From the NCBI GenBank assembly GCA_963707505.1, contig CAVPQB010000006.1, positions 576,001 through 640,000 of the forward strand: a stretch of DNA of 64,000 nucleotides, written 5' to 3'. Below the pieces are notes generated by a model. It had not been told where the DNA came from, ran no database searches, and worked only from the letters and a program-made list of their open reading frames with translations. This stretch comes from an uncultured Gemmatimonadales bacterium (lineage in GTDB: Bacteria; Gemmatimonadota; Gemmatimonadetes; Gemmatimonadales; Gemmatimonadaceae). The position numbers and the translations under genes are program-made. This document shows, piece after piece, positions 55,173-64,000 of this stretch. The stretch's first letter is position 1, and every line of letters begins with the position of its first letter.

Positions 55173-56547
55173 TCCACATCCGCTCATCTCTCCCGTGAGC
55201 GTGCGAGTCGCCGTTGCTGAGAATGCCGCTCACGCCATATGTGGGAATTCCCGCCGCACGGAGGAATCGGCCGTCGGTCGCGCCAGTCGACATCACTGGT
55301 ACCACGAGCACATTTGAGCCGAACATGTCGTGAGTAATCTTCGTCACGGCGTTCATCAGCTCCGGCGTCAGAGGACTCGGTGCAGCCTTGGCCTTCGGCA
55401 GCGGAAACAGTGGCTTGATCTTGACGCCGGTGTCGGAGAATACCCTGGCAAGTGTCGCCTCGACCTCTTCCGGATCCTGGGTCGGGACGATGCGGCAATT
55501 CACGTTTGCAGTGGCGGTCTGTGGAAGTGCATTGTACGCGTGCCCACCGGCGAGCCTGGTCGCGACACAGGTGGTGCGCAACATCGAGTTGTAGCGGGGC
55601 TCCGCCGAGAGTGTCGCCGCTGCCGCACTGTCGTTTGTATTCGCGACTATTGCACGCATTGCCGCACCCGCCGCGGAAGTGTCCGACGCGCCCGTCTGAC
55701 TCAGGTATGCGCGCGACACCTCGTTCAATTCGACCGGAAACTGGAAGTGCTCGAGCTTGAGAAGCGCGTGCGCCAGCTCGTAGATCGCGTTGTCTGGACG
55801 CGGTACCGACGAGTGACCGCCGCTGTTGACCGTCGAAACGGTGAAGTGGACCGAGACTTTCTCGGCCGCCTGAATGCTGTTGGAGAACGGCTTGCCATTG
55901 CGAATGGACCCGCCGCCGCCCTCGTTTATCGCATAGGCCGCGTCGATCAGATCCTTGTGGTTCGCGACCAGCCATTCAACGCCGTTCGCGTCGCCGCTTT
56001 CCTCGTCCGCGGTGAGCGCCAGGATCACGTCACGATCCGGCTTCCATCCTGCCGCCTTGTCACGCAGAAGATTCGCGACGAAGATCGACGCCATCGCCTT
56101 GTCATCACTGCTGCCACGCCCGTAGTAGTAGCCGTCCTTCTCAGTGAGAACGAACGGATCCATGCTCCAGTCGGAGCGCAGTGCTGCAACGACGTCGAGA
56201 TGCGCCAACAGAAGCAGCGGCTTCTTGTCGTGCCCGGTTCCGTGATAACGCACGACGAGATTGGCCTTGGTCGGATGGCCGTCCGGCGTCAGGATCTGGA
56301 CATCAGCGGCGGGAAAGCCGGCGGCGCGAAAGCGAGCTGCCATCGCGTCGACCGCCCTTGTCACCGAGCCCACGCTGTCCGCAGTGTTGATCTCGATCAG
56401 CTGCTTGTAGATGTCGTGCGCCTGGGCCTGAACCGGCGTGAGTGGAGTCTGTTGGGCGCGGACCGGGGTGGGGCTGAGTGCGGCCAGGACCGCTCCAGAT
56501 ACTGCCGCGGATACCATGGTCGTCGTACGAATGAAGAGAGAGCGCAT
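55105..56547 (-). CDS. M20/M25/M40 family metallohydrolase, exported
   Basis: LLAHLDVV, YGRGSSDDK, TADEE, GGHSS, GATDG, HAHGRDER. Confidence 0.93.
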   Translation of the reverse strand: MRSLFIRTTTMVSAAVSGAVLAALSPTPVRAQQTPLTPVQAQAHDIYKQLIEINTADSVGSVTRAVDAMAARFRAAGFPAADVQILTPDGHPTKANLVVRYHGTGHDKKPLLLLAHLDVVAALRSDWSMDPFVLTEKDGYYYGRGSSDDKAMASIFVANLLRDKAAGWKPDRDVILALTADEESGDANGVEWLVANHKDLIDAAYAINEGGGGSIRNGKPFSNSIQAAEKVSVHFTVSTVNSGGHSSVPRPDNAIYELAHALLKLEHFQFPVELNEVSRAYLSQTGASDTSAAGAAMRAIVANTNDSAAAATLSAEPRYNSMLRTTCVATRLAGGHAYNALPQTATANVNCRIVPTQDPEEVEATLARVFSDTGVKIKPLFPLPKAKAAPSPLTPELMNAVTKITHDMFGSNVLVVPVMSTGATDGRFLRAAGIPTYGVSGILSNGDSHAHGRDERMWIRSYYDGQEFLYRLTHALAGGK

Positions 56548-56677
56548 CGTGGTTTCCCTATGTGAGCCGCGGATGTAGCGAGAGAGGGTAATGTTGATCG
56601 TGCGGGTCGGGTTGTCAAACGACCGCCTAACGATCAGCTTGCGACAGGATACCAATTCGATCAAACCAGAGATTCCA

Positions 56678-57736
56678 ATGCCCGCAACTCGTGGCTACGC
56701 TGCAAAATCTGCAACTCTTCCGCTTGAACCGTTCTCATTCGATCGCCGCGAGCCTCGCGCACACGATGTGGTCATCGACATCGCATACTGTGGCGTCTGT
56801 CATAGCGACATCCATACAGCACGCAACGAGTGGGGCGGCACGAGCTATCCAGTCGTTCCAGGTCACGAGATAGTCGGCCGCATCGTACAGACTGGGTCAG
56901 AGGTCAAGCGATTCGCGGTCGGTGATCTTGCGGGCGTCGGGTGCTTTGTGGACTCGTGCAGGAAATGCGATAGCTGCCGCGATGGCGAGGAGCAATTCTG
57001 CGAGCGGCACCTCGTGATGACGTACAACAGCTTCGAGCATGACGGAAAGACTCCGACTTACGGCGGCTACTCGTCCCGAATCGTCGTCGACGAGAATTAC
57101 CTCCTCACGATTCCGGACAATCTTCCGCTTGAAGGAGTTGCACCGCTCTTGTGCGCGGGGATCACGACGTATTCGCCACTTCGTCGCTTCAACGTCGGGC
57201 CCGGCCAGAGGGTCGGCGTGGTTGGACTTGGTGGCCTCGGTCACATGGCTGTCAAGCTTGCCTCTGCGATGGGCGCGCACGTGACGGTGTTGAGCACGTC
57301 CAAATCAAAAGAAGAAGATGCGCGCCGGCTCGGCGCCGATGACTTCGTCGTGACCAAGGACTCGAAGAATCTGGCGCCGCTGGCCGCGACTTTCGATTTC
57401 ATAATCGACACGGTATCGGCGCCGCACGATCTGAACATGTACCTCGGCCTTCTCAAGCGCCGTGCGGTGATGGTACTGGTCGGTGCACCGCCAGAGCCAA
57501 CCGCGGTTGCGTCGTTCTCACTCATCATGAAAGGCCGGGTGCTGGCAGGCTCGCTCATAGGCGGAATTCGCGAGACGCAGGAGATGCTTGATTACTGTGC
57601 GCAACACAGAATCACGTCCGACGTCGAAGTGATTCCGATTCAGGAGATCGAGCGCGCGTACGAGCGCACTGTCAAGGGTGACGTCCGGTATCGATTCGTG
57701 ATCGACATGAAGTCGCTGGCGTCGCTACCGGCCTAG
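56678..57736 (+). CDS. Zn-dependent NAD(P) alcohol dehydrogenase (CAD-like)
   Basis: CGVCHSD, PGHE, C..C..C...C, GLGGLG, YRFVID. Confidence 0.95.
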   Translation: MPATRGYAAKSATLPLEPFSFDRREPRAHDVVIDIAYCGVCHSDIHTARNEWGGTSYPVVPGHEIVGRIVQTGSEVKRFAVGDLAGVGCFVDSCRKCDSCRDGEEQFCERHLVMTYNSFEHDGKTPTYGGYSSRIVVDENYLLTIPDNLPLEGVAPLLCAGITTYSPLRRFNVGPGQRVGVVGLGGLGHMAVKLASAMGAHVTVLSTSKSKEEDARRLGADDFVVTKDSKNLAPLAATFDFIIDTVSAPHDLNMYLGLLKRRAVMVLVGAPPEPTAVASFSLIMKGRVLAGSLIGGIRETQEMLDYCAQHRITSDVEVIPIQEIERAYERTVKGDVRYRFVIDMKSLASLPA

Positions 57737-57748
57737 CCGTCAGTGTAG

Positions 57749-58411
57749 TTATCGCTTGCAGTAACCAACAGATATTGCCTGAATCGTTTCCGGCTTTTTT
57801 GCCGGCTCTCGTGCCGGCTTTCGGGCGGTACTGTCGGGACTCAGCGCAATCGAATCGGTCGCGAACTCGACGCCACACAGGCGGCTGAGTGTTGCTACGC
57901 TTGCGGTGCCGCGCTTGACGACTGTTGCTCCCGAATCGGCAGCAACAGTCGAGAATGGCATCCCGACGGCTATGCCGCCGGTGGTGTGTGGCCCCGTGTG
58001 CGTGACGAATACCCTTCGCAGCGTATCGTTCTGGAACGTGAGCGTCACTGTATCCTTTCCCATTCCACGAACGACAATGATATCCTCACTGTCGCGACCG
58101 GCGCGCGCGCTGATCGCGTACACGAACGACATCACGGGCCGTCTCCACTCGCCGACGTGTAGCGGGCCAACGGCTTCCTGTCGGATGATCGAATGATCAC
58201 CTTCCATCAGAGGTCCTTCATCTGCCGGCTTCGCGGCTGCGGTCGTGTCCGTTGCGCGTTGCGCAACGGTCTGTCCCGGTGGAGTCGATGATGCGTCTTT
58301 TGTAACGTCTTTCGCCCCGCCGCCGCACGCCACAAATCCAAGCACGGCTGCCGATGCAATACCTATCGACGATAGCCTGGCGTGTACAACTGCGTGCATC
58401 ATTCCCGTCAT
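57749..58411 (-). CDS. Hypothetical lipoprotein
   Basis: Lipobox FVAC; ATGA coupling with the upstream gene. Confidence 0.65.
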   Translation of the reverse strand: MTGMMHAVVHARLSSIGIASAAVLGFVACGGGAKDVTKDASSTPPGQTVAQRATDTTAAAKPADEGPLMEGDHSIIRQEAVGPLHVGEWRRPVMSFVYAISARAGRDSEDIIVVRGMGKDTVTLTFQNDTLRRVFVTHTGPHTTGGIAVGMPFSTVAADSGATVVKRGTASVATLSRLCGVEFATDSIALSPDSTARKPAREPAKKPETIQAISVGYCKR

Positions 58412-58788
58412 GCTCGCTCGCGCGCCTTCTGTGCACGCTCGGCGCCATACTGGCGTCCATAATTCGACAGCGCCCAGATGATCAACAGGATCACGCCGAC
58501 CGTAACGTAGTAAGTCCTCGCGACTCCGCTCCACTTCACAATCCATGGCAGGACTATCAGCACGATTCCGACCACCAGCTCTATCAGCCCATGATATCGG
58601 AGCGATAGCGGCTTGTGCCCGGTATCAGGGAATTTCGTCGATAGCGTGACGATCAGGTGGATTGCCGCCAGAACATACGACACGATAGCCGGAGGCCCGC
58701 TCATGCCGAGCAGGATAGGAGCCGCGATCAGGCCGATCACGGAGACCATGTCGAGGGAACGGTGCACGGACGCCGGTATGACTTTCAT
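58408..58788 (-). CDS. Small membrane protein (SPW-repeat-like)
   Basis: HRSLD, AAPILLG, HGLIELVVG..LPW; 4 TM. Confidence 0.7.
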   Translation of the reverse strand: MKVIPASVHRSLDMVSVIGLIAAPILLGMSGPPAIVSYVLAAIHLIVTLSTKFPDTGHKPLSLRYHGLIELVVGIVLIVLPWIVKWSGVARTYYVTVGVILLIIWALSNYGRQYGAERAQKARERA

Positions 58789-58895
58789 CTGAAATCCTGG
58801 TGGAGACGCTTCCAACATACCAAATCTGCGCCGAGCTGGTGCGGCCGGCCGCCACACCGACTTGTGGCGGCTCATTCCGGCAGGCACGTTACGGC

Positions 58896-60365
58896 ATGTC
58901 AGAATCCTTCGACCTACGTGCCGCGGCGCATCAGGCAATGCTGGATAACGGCTTCATCCCCGACGTCCCCGCTCAGGTTACTGCCGAGGTTGCCGCCGCG
59001 ATCGAACCGAACGGCGCGGTGGCGGCTGGTGTGTGTGACCTTCGAGACCTCCCATGGTCCTCGATCGACAACGATGACTCCAGAGATCTGGACCAGCTGG
59101 AGATCGCGGAAAAACTTCCCGACGGAACGGTGCGCGTGCGTGTCGCTATCGCGGACGTCGATACGACTGTGCCGAAGGACTCCGCCACCGATCGCTTTGC
59201 GAGCGCCAACTCTACGTCTGTGTACACCGGCATCGTCACGTACCCGATGCTCCCGGAGCGGCTGTCGACCGATCTCACCTCGCTCGGTCAGGGCGACGAT
59301 CGCGCATCGGTGGTAATCGAATTCGTCGTTGCGGCGGATGGGAGCATCGTGTCGCACGACGTGTACATGGCGCGCGTCCGTAATCACGCCAAGCTCGCTT
59401 ACAACGACGTCGGTGCGTGGCTCGACGGCGGCGCGATCCTGCCGGCCAGCGGCACAGCAGTAATTCAGGATCAACTTCGCCTTCAGGACAAAGTTGCACA
59501 GGCGCTCCGGGCCGTTCGCGCGCGCAATGGCGCACTTGATCTCGAGACGATCGAAGCGCAGTCCGTGGTGCGTCCGGACAACTCGGTGGACATCGAGCTC
59601 GTGCAGAAGACTCGCGCCAGCCGCCTGATCGAGGATTTCATGATCGCCGCCAACGTGGCGATGGCGCAATTTCTGGATGAGCACAATTCGCCGACGATCC
59701 GACGCATTGTGCGATCGCCGGAACGATGGAATCGTATTGTAGCCCTCGCCGCCAAGCTTGGATCGACGCTTCCCGACCAGCCCGATTCCCTGGCGCTGTC
59801 AGCATTCCTCGCCGCGCAACGTAATGCCGATCCTGACCACTTCGCCGATCTGTCGCTCGCAGTCGTCAAGCTGATCGGTCCCGGTGAGTACGCCGCTCAT
59901 GAGCCGGGCGAGACGGACGTCGGTCATTTCGGGCTCGCAACCAATGACTACACCCACTCGACCGCACCCAACCGCCGCTTCGCCGACCTCGTTACGCAGC
60001 GACTTCTCAAGGCCGCCCTGGCCGGAAAGCCGTCGCCGTACACGCGGGATGAGCTCGTGGCGATTGCCGCGCACAGCACCGAGCGCGAGGATGCCGCGCG
60101 CAAGGTCGAGCGTCAGGTCCGAAAGTCCGCCGCCGCGGTATCGATGTCGTCCCACGTAGGCGAGGAATTCGATGCGATAGTAACAGGCGTCAATCCGAAT
60201 GGCACCTTCGTCCGCCTGATCCACCCGCCCGTGGAAGGACGGGTGCTTCGCGGTGAGAAGAATCTGGACGTCGGAGACAGGGTCCGGGTCCGCCTCCTGG
60301 CCACCGATCCGAAGCGTGGTTTCATCGACTTTTCGGCGGAATCCCGTAACGGCGCCGCTCACTGA
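58896..60365 (+). CDS. RNB domain ribonuclease (RNase II/R family) with C-terminal S1
   Basis: SIDNDDSRDLDQ, VAIADV, LIEDFMIAAN, HFGLA..YTHSTAPNRRFADL, GFIDF. Confidence 0.93.
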   Translation: MSESFDLRAAAHQAMLDNGFIPDVPAQVTAEVAAAIEPNGAVAAGVCDLRDLPWSSIDNDDSRDLDQLEIAEKLPDGTVRVRVAIADVDTTVPKDSATDRFASANSTSVYTGIVTYPMLPERLSTDLTSLGQGDDRASVVIEFVVAADGSIVSHDVYMARVRNHAKLAYNDVGAWLDGGAILPASGTAVIQDQLRLQDKVAQALRAVRARNGALDLETIEAQSVVRPDNSVDIELVQKTRASRLIEDFMIAANVAMAQFLDEHNSPTIRRIVRSPERWNRIVALAAKLGSTLPDQPDSLALSAFLAAQRNADPDHFADLSLAVVKLIGPGEYAAHEPGETDVGHFGLATNDYTHSTAPNRRFADLVTQRLLKAALAGKPSPYTRDELVAIAAHSTEREDAARKVERQVRKSAAAVSMSSHVGEEFDAIVTGVNPNGTFVRLIHPPVEGRVLRGEKNLDVGDRVRVRLLATDPKRGFIDFSAESRNGAAH

Positions 60366-60441
60366 TGGCTCCGGTCTGGTCACCCGACTGACCCGGAGTT
60401 ACGATATCCAGCTACTCCTCAGACCTCCGAACAACTCAGCG

Positions 60442-62562
60442 ATGCCAAACACACGCATCTCGGCCGTTGCCGCGCACTTTGCGAGCGCACGCACCGTAAC
60501 CGCGCTCACGCTTACCGTAATCGCGACTGGAGTCGGTGCGCCTTTACTGCGCGCACAAACGACGACCGCCGGTTCTGCGGTACCGATTCCGCCAGTACTC
60601 AAGGTCTTCGATCCGTCATACATCGATACGACCGCTCACGCGTGTCGTGACTTCTTCGCGTTCGCAAACGGCGCGTGGCTAAAGCGCGATACGATTCCTG
60701 CTGCATTCTCGACGTCGGGTGTCGGCAAGGAGATGACCGACGCGAACGAGCTGGTGGTGCGATCGGTTCTCGACGAGGCGATGGCCTCGCGCCACAGCGA
60801 GCCGGCGAACAGCACCCGCGCGAAGCTCGGAACTTTCTACGCGACATGCATGGACTCGACACTCGCCGAGAAACAGGGCGTGAGCCCTATCCGCGCACAG
60901 CTCGATGGCATCTCTGCGATCAAAACGCGCACCGAGCTCGTACGACAGATTGGCGCGCTGCAAAAATCAGGCGTCGGAGCTCTCTTCGAGTTTGGCCCCG
61001 GTGCGGATCCGAAAGACGCTGACCACTATATAGCGTGGATCGGCCAGGGCGGACTCGGCATGCCGGACCGCGACTACTACACCAAAACCGATCCCGCATC
61101 TGATTCACTCCGCAAGAAATACGTGGCGCACGTCGAGCGATCGCTGGTGCTCGCCGGTGAATCAGCAGCTGATGCAGCGACCGACGCGCAGCGTGTGATG
61201 ACACTGGAAACGGAGCTGGCCAGAGCATCGATGACGCGCGTGGCGATGCGCGATCCGAATGCGACATACCACAAGACGTCGCTCGCGGACCTCGAGCGTA
61301 CAGCGCCGGCTATCGGGTGGCCGAGTTATTTCCGTACGGTTGGACTCACCGTTCCGGTGCAGTTCGTCAACGTCGCGCAGCCGGAATTCATTCAGAAGGC
61401 GAGCGCCCTCGTACAGACCGCGCCGATGGAAGAATGGCGCGCGTATCTCAGGTACCATCTCGTCTCGAGTGCGTCGCCATGGCTCAGCTCGCCATTCGCG
61501 AACGAGAGCTTCGCCTACTCGTCGCTCTACAGCGGCGCGAAGCAGATGCTACCGCGCTGGAAGCGCTGCCTCCGTGCCACCGATCGCCAGATCGGCGAGG
61601 CGCTGGGCCAGGCGTACGTCGACAAAACGTTCCCTCCGGCGGCCAAGGCCGCAGCGAAGCAGGTCATCGATGACATCCGCTCGTCGTTCCACGATCGGCT
61701 TCTCGCGCTCACCTGGATGTCGGATTCCACGCGAAAGTATGCACTTGGCAAGCTCGCGAAGATGAACGAAAAGGTCGGATATCCGGACCACTGGCGCGAC
61801 TATACCACGCTGCACGTCTCCGACGGCGCATTCGTGCACAACGTGTTCAATGCGAACGCGTTCGAGTGGGACCGCGTCATCAATCGCCCCGGAAAGGCTG
61901 TCGACAAGACCGAGTGGGGAATGACGGTGCCGACGGTCAATGCGTACTACGATCCGTCAGTGAATGAAATGGTCTTCCCTGCGGGTGCACTTCTCCCGCA
62001 GACGTTCGACGCGAGCGGCGACATGGCCGCCAACTACGGCGCGCTTGGCGGAAGCTGGGCCGGTCACGAGCTCACGCATGGCTTCGACGACGAGGGTCGC
62101 CACTACGACGCCGATGGCAACCTGCGCGACTGGTGGGTTGCGAGCGACACGTCGCGGTTCGACGAACAGGCACAACGCATCGTCGATCAGTTCGACGGCT
62201 ACATCCAGGTCGATACGACGCACGTGAATGGCAAGCTCACGCTCGGCGAGAACATCGCTGATTACGGCGGGCTGCTCACTGCGTACGACGCGATGGAACG
62301 CGCGCTCAACCGTACCGGAAAGCGCGAAACGATCGACGGCTACACTCCGGAGCAGCGCTTCTTCATTGCCTACGCGCAGACCTGGCGCGAGCACTCTCGG
62401 CCCCAGACGATGCTAACGAGAGTAACAGTCGACCCGCACGCACCCGCGGAATGGCGCACCAACGGTCCGGTTTCGAACATGCCGGCCTTCGCAAAGGCGT
62501 TCAACTGCCAGCCGGGCGATCCCATGGTCCGCCCGAAGGACGTCGTGCCGCAAATCTGGTGA
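60442..62562 (+). CDS. M13 family metallopeptidase
   Basis: ACRDFF.FANG.W, LGMPDRDYY, VNAYY, GHELTHGFDD, GENIAD. Confidence 0.95.
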   Translation: MPNTRISAVAAHFASARTVTALTLTVIATGVGAPLLRAQTTTAGSAVPIPPVLKVFDPSYIDTTAHACRDFFAFANGAWLKRDTIPAAFSTSGVGKEMTDANELVVRSVLDEAMASRHSEPANSTRAKLGTFYATCMDSTLAEKQGVSPIRAQLDGISAIKTRTELVRQIGALQKSGVGALFEFGPGADPKDADHYIAWIGQGGLGMPDRDYYTKTDPASDSLRKKYVAHVERSLVLAGESAADAATDAQRVMTLETELARASMTRVAMRDPNATYHKTSLADLERTAPAIGWPSYFRTVGLTVPVQFVNVAQPEFIQKASALVQTAPMEEWRAYLRYHLVSSASPWLSSPFANESFAYSSLYSGAKQMLPRWKRCLRATDRQIGEALGQAYVDKTFPPAAKAAAKQVIDDIRSSFHDRLLALTWMSDSTRKYALGKLAKMNEKVGYPDHWRDYTTLHVSDGAFVHNVFNANAFEWDRVINRPGKAVDKTEWGMTVPTVNAYYDPSVNEMVFPAGALLPQTFDASGDMAANYGALGGSWAGHELTHGFDDEGRHYDADGNLRDWWVASDTSRFDEQAQRIVDQFDGYIQVDTTHVNGKLTLGENIADYGGLLTAYDAMERALNRTGKRETIDGYTPEQRFFIAYAQTWREHSRPQTMLTRVTVDPHAPAEWRTNGPVSNMPAFAKAFNCQPGDPMVRPKDVVPQIW

Positions 62563-62707
62563 TGACTGCCGGTGCTACTGGCGCCGGTAGGCCGCTCGCG
62601 CCACGTTATCCGTTCGCCCGGCGTATGTAGGGCAATGATCCGGGCGCGCCCATCGCGCCCACAGACCGCCCGCTCGAATGAGCGGGCTCACTCCAGCTCT
62701 GGTCAGC

Positions 62708-64000
62708 ATGCTTCGTAAGACACTGTTCTTTGGCGCCCTGCTACTCGCGCCGTACATCCCACTGCACGCACAATCGTTCCCGACCAACGACCCGATCATC
62801 AAGCGAATCTGGGCGCTCGGCATGGACAGCACTCACGTTTATGAGCTGTCCCAGGCGCTCTTCGATTCTGTAGGCCCGCGACTGCAGGGCGGCGACGAGC
62901 TTCGCGCTGGCAACGACTGGCTCCTGAGCACGTACAAGTCGTGGGGAATCGAAGCCCACAACGAGCAGTATGGCACCTGGCGCGGATGGCGTCGCGGCTA
63001 CTCCCACATCGACCTGATCTCACCACGCGTCCGCTCGCTCGAAGGACAGATGGTGGGCTACAGCCCCGGCACCGGCAAGAAGGACCTCACGGCGACCACG
63101 ATCATCCTGCCTCGCTTTGCCGACAGCACCGAGTTCGTCAAATGGCTCCCGAACGCGCGAGGGAAGTTCGTCCTTGTCTCCGCGCCACAGCCGACCTGCC
63201 GTCCCCGCGAGGACTGGGCAACCAATGCGACGCCCGAGTCCAGGGCGCGCATGGATAGTCTCCGTACGGCGATCAACGCCGAGTGGGGCGGACGTAACGT
63301 TCGCGGCACCGGCTACAGTCTGGCACTCGGCGGCGGTGAGCTCGGCAAGCGTCTTGAAGAAGGCGGAGTGGCCGGCCTCATCACCTCGCGCCCGAAGGAC
63401 GGCTGGGGGACGATCGAGGTCTTCGAGACCTACAACACCAAGGCGCCAACCGTCGCGCTGAGCTGCGAAGACTACGGCCTCGTCTTCCGTCTTACGGAGA
63501 ACAAGCAGAACCCGCAGGTTCGGATGAACCTCGACGCCGATCTGCTCGGCGAGCAGCCGGTGTTCAACACGATCGCCGAGATCAAGGGAACGGAGAAGCC
63601 GAACGAGTACGTGATGCTCTCCGCGCACTTCGATTCGTGGGACGGCTCGTCCGGCGCAACCGACAACGGCACCGGCACCATCACCATGCTGGAGGCGATG
63701 CGGATTCTCAAGCAGGTGTATCCGCACCCGAAGCGCACGATTCTCGTCGGGCACTGGAGCGGCGAGGAGGAGGGCGAAGTAGGCTCCAAGGCCTTCACCG
63801 AAGATCATCCTGAAGTCCTGAAGGGACTCCAGGCGCTGTTCAACCAGGACAACGGAACAGGTCGCATCGTTCGTATGGGCGGCGCTGGTCTTCCGAATGC
63901 CGCTGTCCACATCGAGCAGTGGCTGTCCAAGGTTCCGACGGTGTTCCAGGAGCAGGTCAAGTTCGGCGGACCTGGCTTCCCGGCAGGCGGCGGAAGCGAT
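62708..64000 (+). CDS. M28 family peptidase (carboxypeptidase Q-like), truncated by the window end
   Basis: Read manually: MLRKTLFF..., GPRL, LSAHFDSWDG..GATDNGTG, HWSGEEEG, FNQDNG; open to the window end, so absent from the ORF track. Confidence 0.9.
   Translation, partial: MLRKTLFFGALLLAPYIPLHAQSFPTNDPIIKRIWALGMDSTHVYELSQALFDSVGPRLQGGDELRAGNDWLLSTYKSWGIEAHNEQYGTWRGWRRGYSHIDLISPRVRSLEGQMVGYSPGTGKKDLTATTIILPRFADSTEFVKWLPNARGKFVLVSAPQPTCRPREDWATNATPESRARMDSLRTAINAEWGGRNVRGTGYSLALGGGELGKRLEEGGVAGLITSRPKDGWGTIEVFETYNTKAPTVALSCEDYGLVFRLTENKQNPQVRMNLDADLLGEQPVFNTIAEIKGTEKPNEYVMLSAHFDSWDGSSGATDNGTGTITMLEAMRILKQVYPHPKRTILVGHWSGEEEGEVGSKAFTEDHPEVLKGLQALFNQDNGTGRIVRMGGAGLPNAAVHIEQWLSKVPTVFQEQVKFGGPGFPAGGGSD

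Noticed and set aside
55330..56565. 411-aa plus-strand ORF
   Set aside because: Antisense shadow of the M20 peptidase; no recognisable motifs; typical of high-GC DNA
63020..63910. 296-aa minus-strand ORF
   Set aside because: Antisense shadow of the plus-strand M28 peptidase, which has clear motifs

Overview
GC-rich bacterial chromosomal window. The gene content suggests Gemmatimonadota or a similar lineage (inference only). It holds about 55 CDS: many exported peptidases and hydrolases (M3 Dcp, M13, M20, M28, GH20, alpha/beta hydrolase, a PD40-propeller/GGT fusion), copper and manganese homeostasis genes (CopD, multicopper oxidase, cupredoxin, mntR-mntH, copZ-copA-csoR, with visible operators), two LytS/LytTR pairs, a TlpA-peroxiredoxin-CcdA redox operon, two ECF sigma factors with matching target promoters, and a MacAB-TolC-like export operon with an NtrC-type two-component system and candidate sigma54/UAS sites. 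Most notable: (1) a REP-associated HUH tyrosine transposase (RAYT) bounded by perfect 24-bp terminal inverted repeats, plus two non-autonomous derivatives in the same window (a 96-bp MITE-like deletion derivative with a compensatory change in both arms, and a 38-bp minimal hairpin); (2) three exported-protein genes whose signal peptide is frameshifted from the mature protein by short tandem repeats at the signal/mature junction; (3) a PD40 + tricorn-C1-like + atypical gamma-glutamyltransferase fusion. No rRNA, tRNA or CRISPR array was seen. All functional calls come from motif recognition by eye; no database searches were run.
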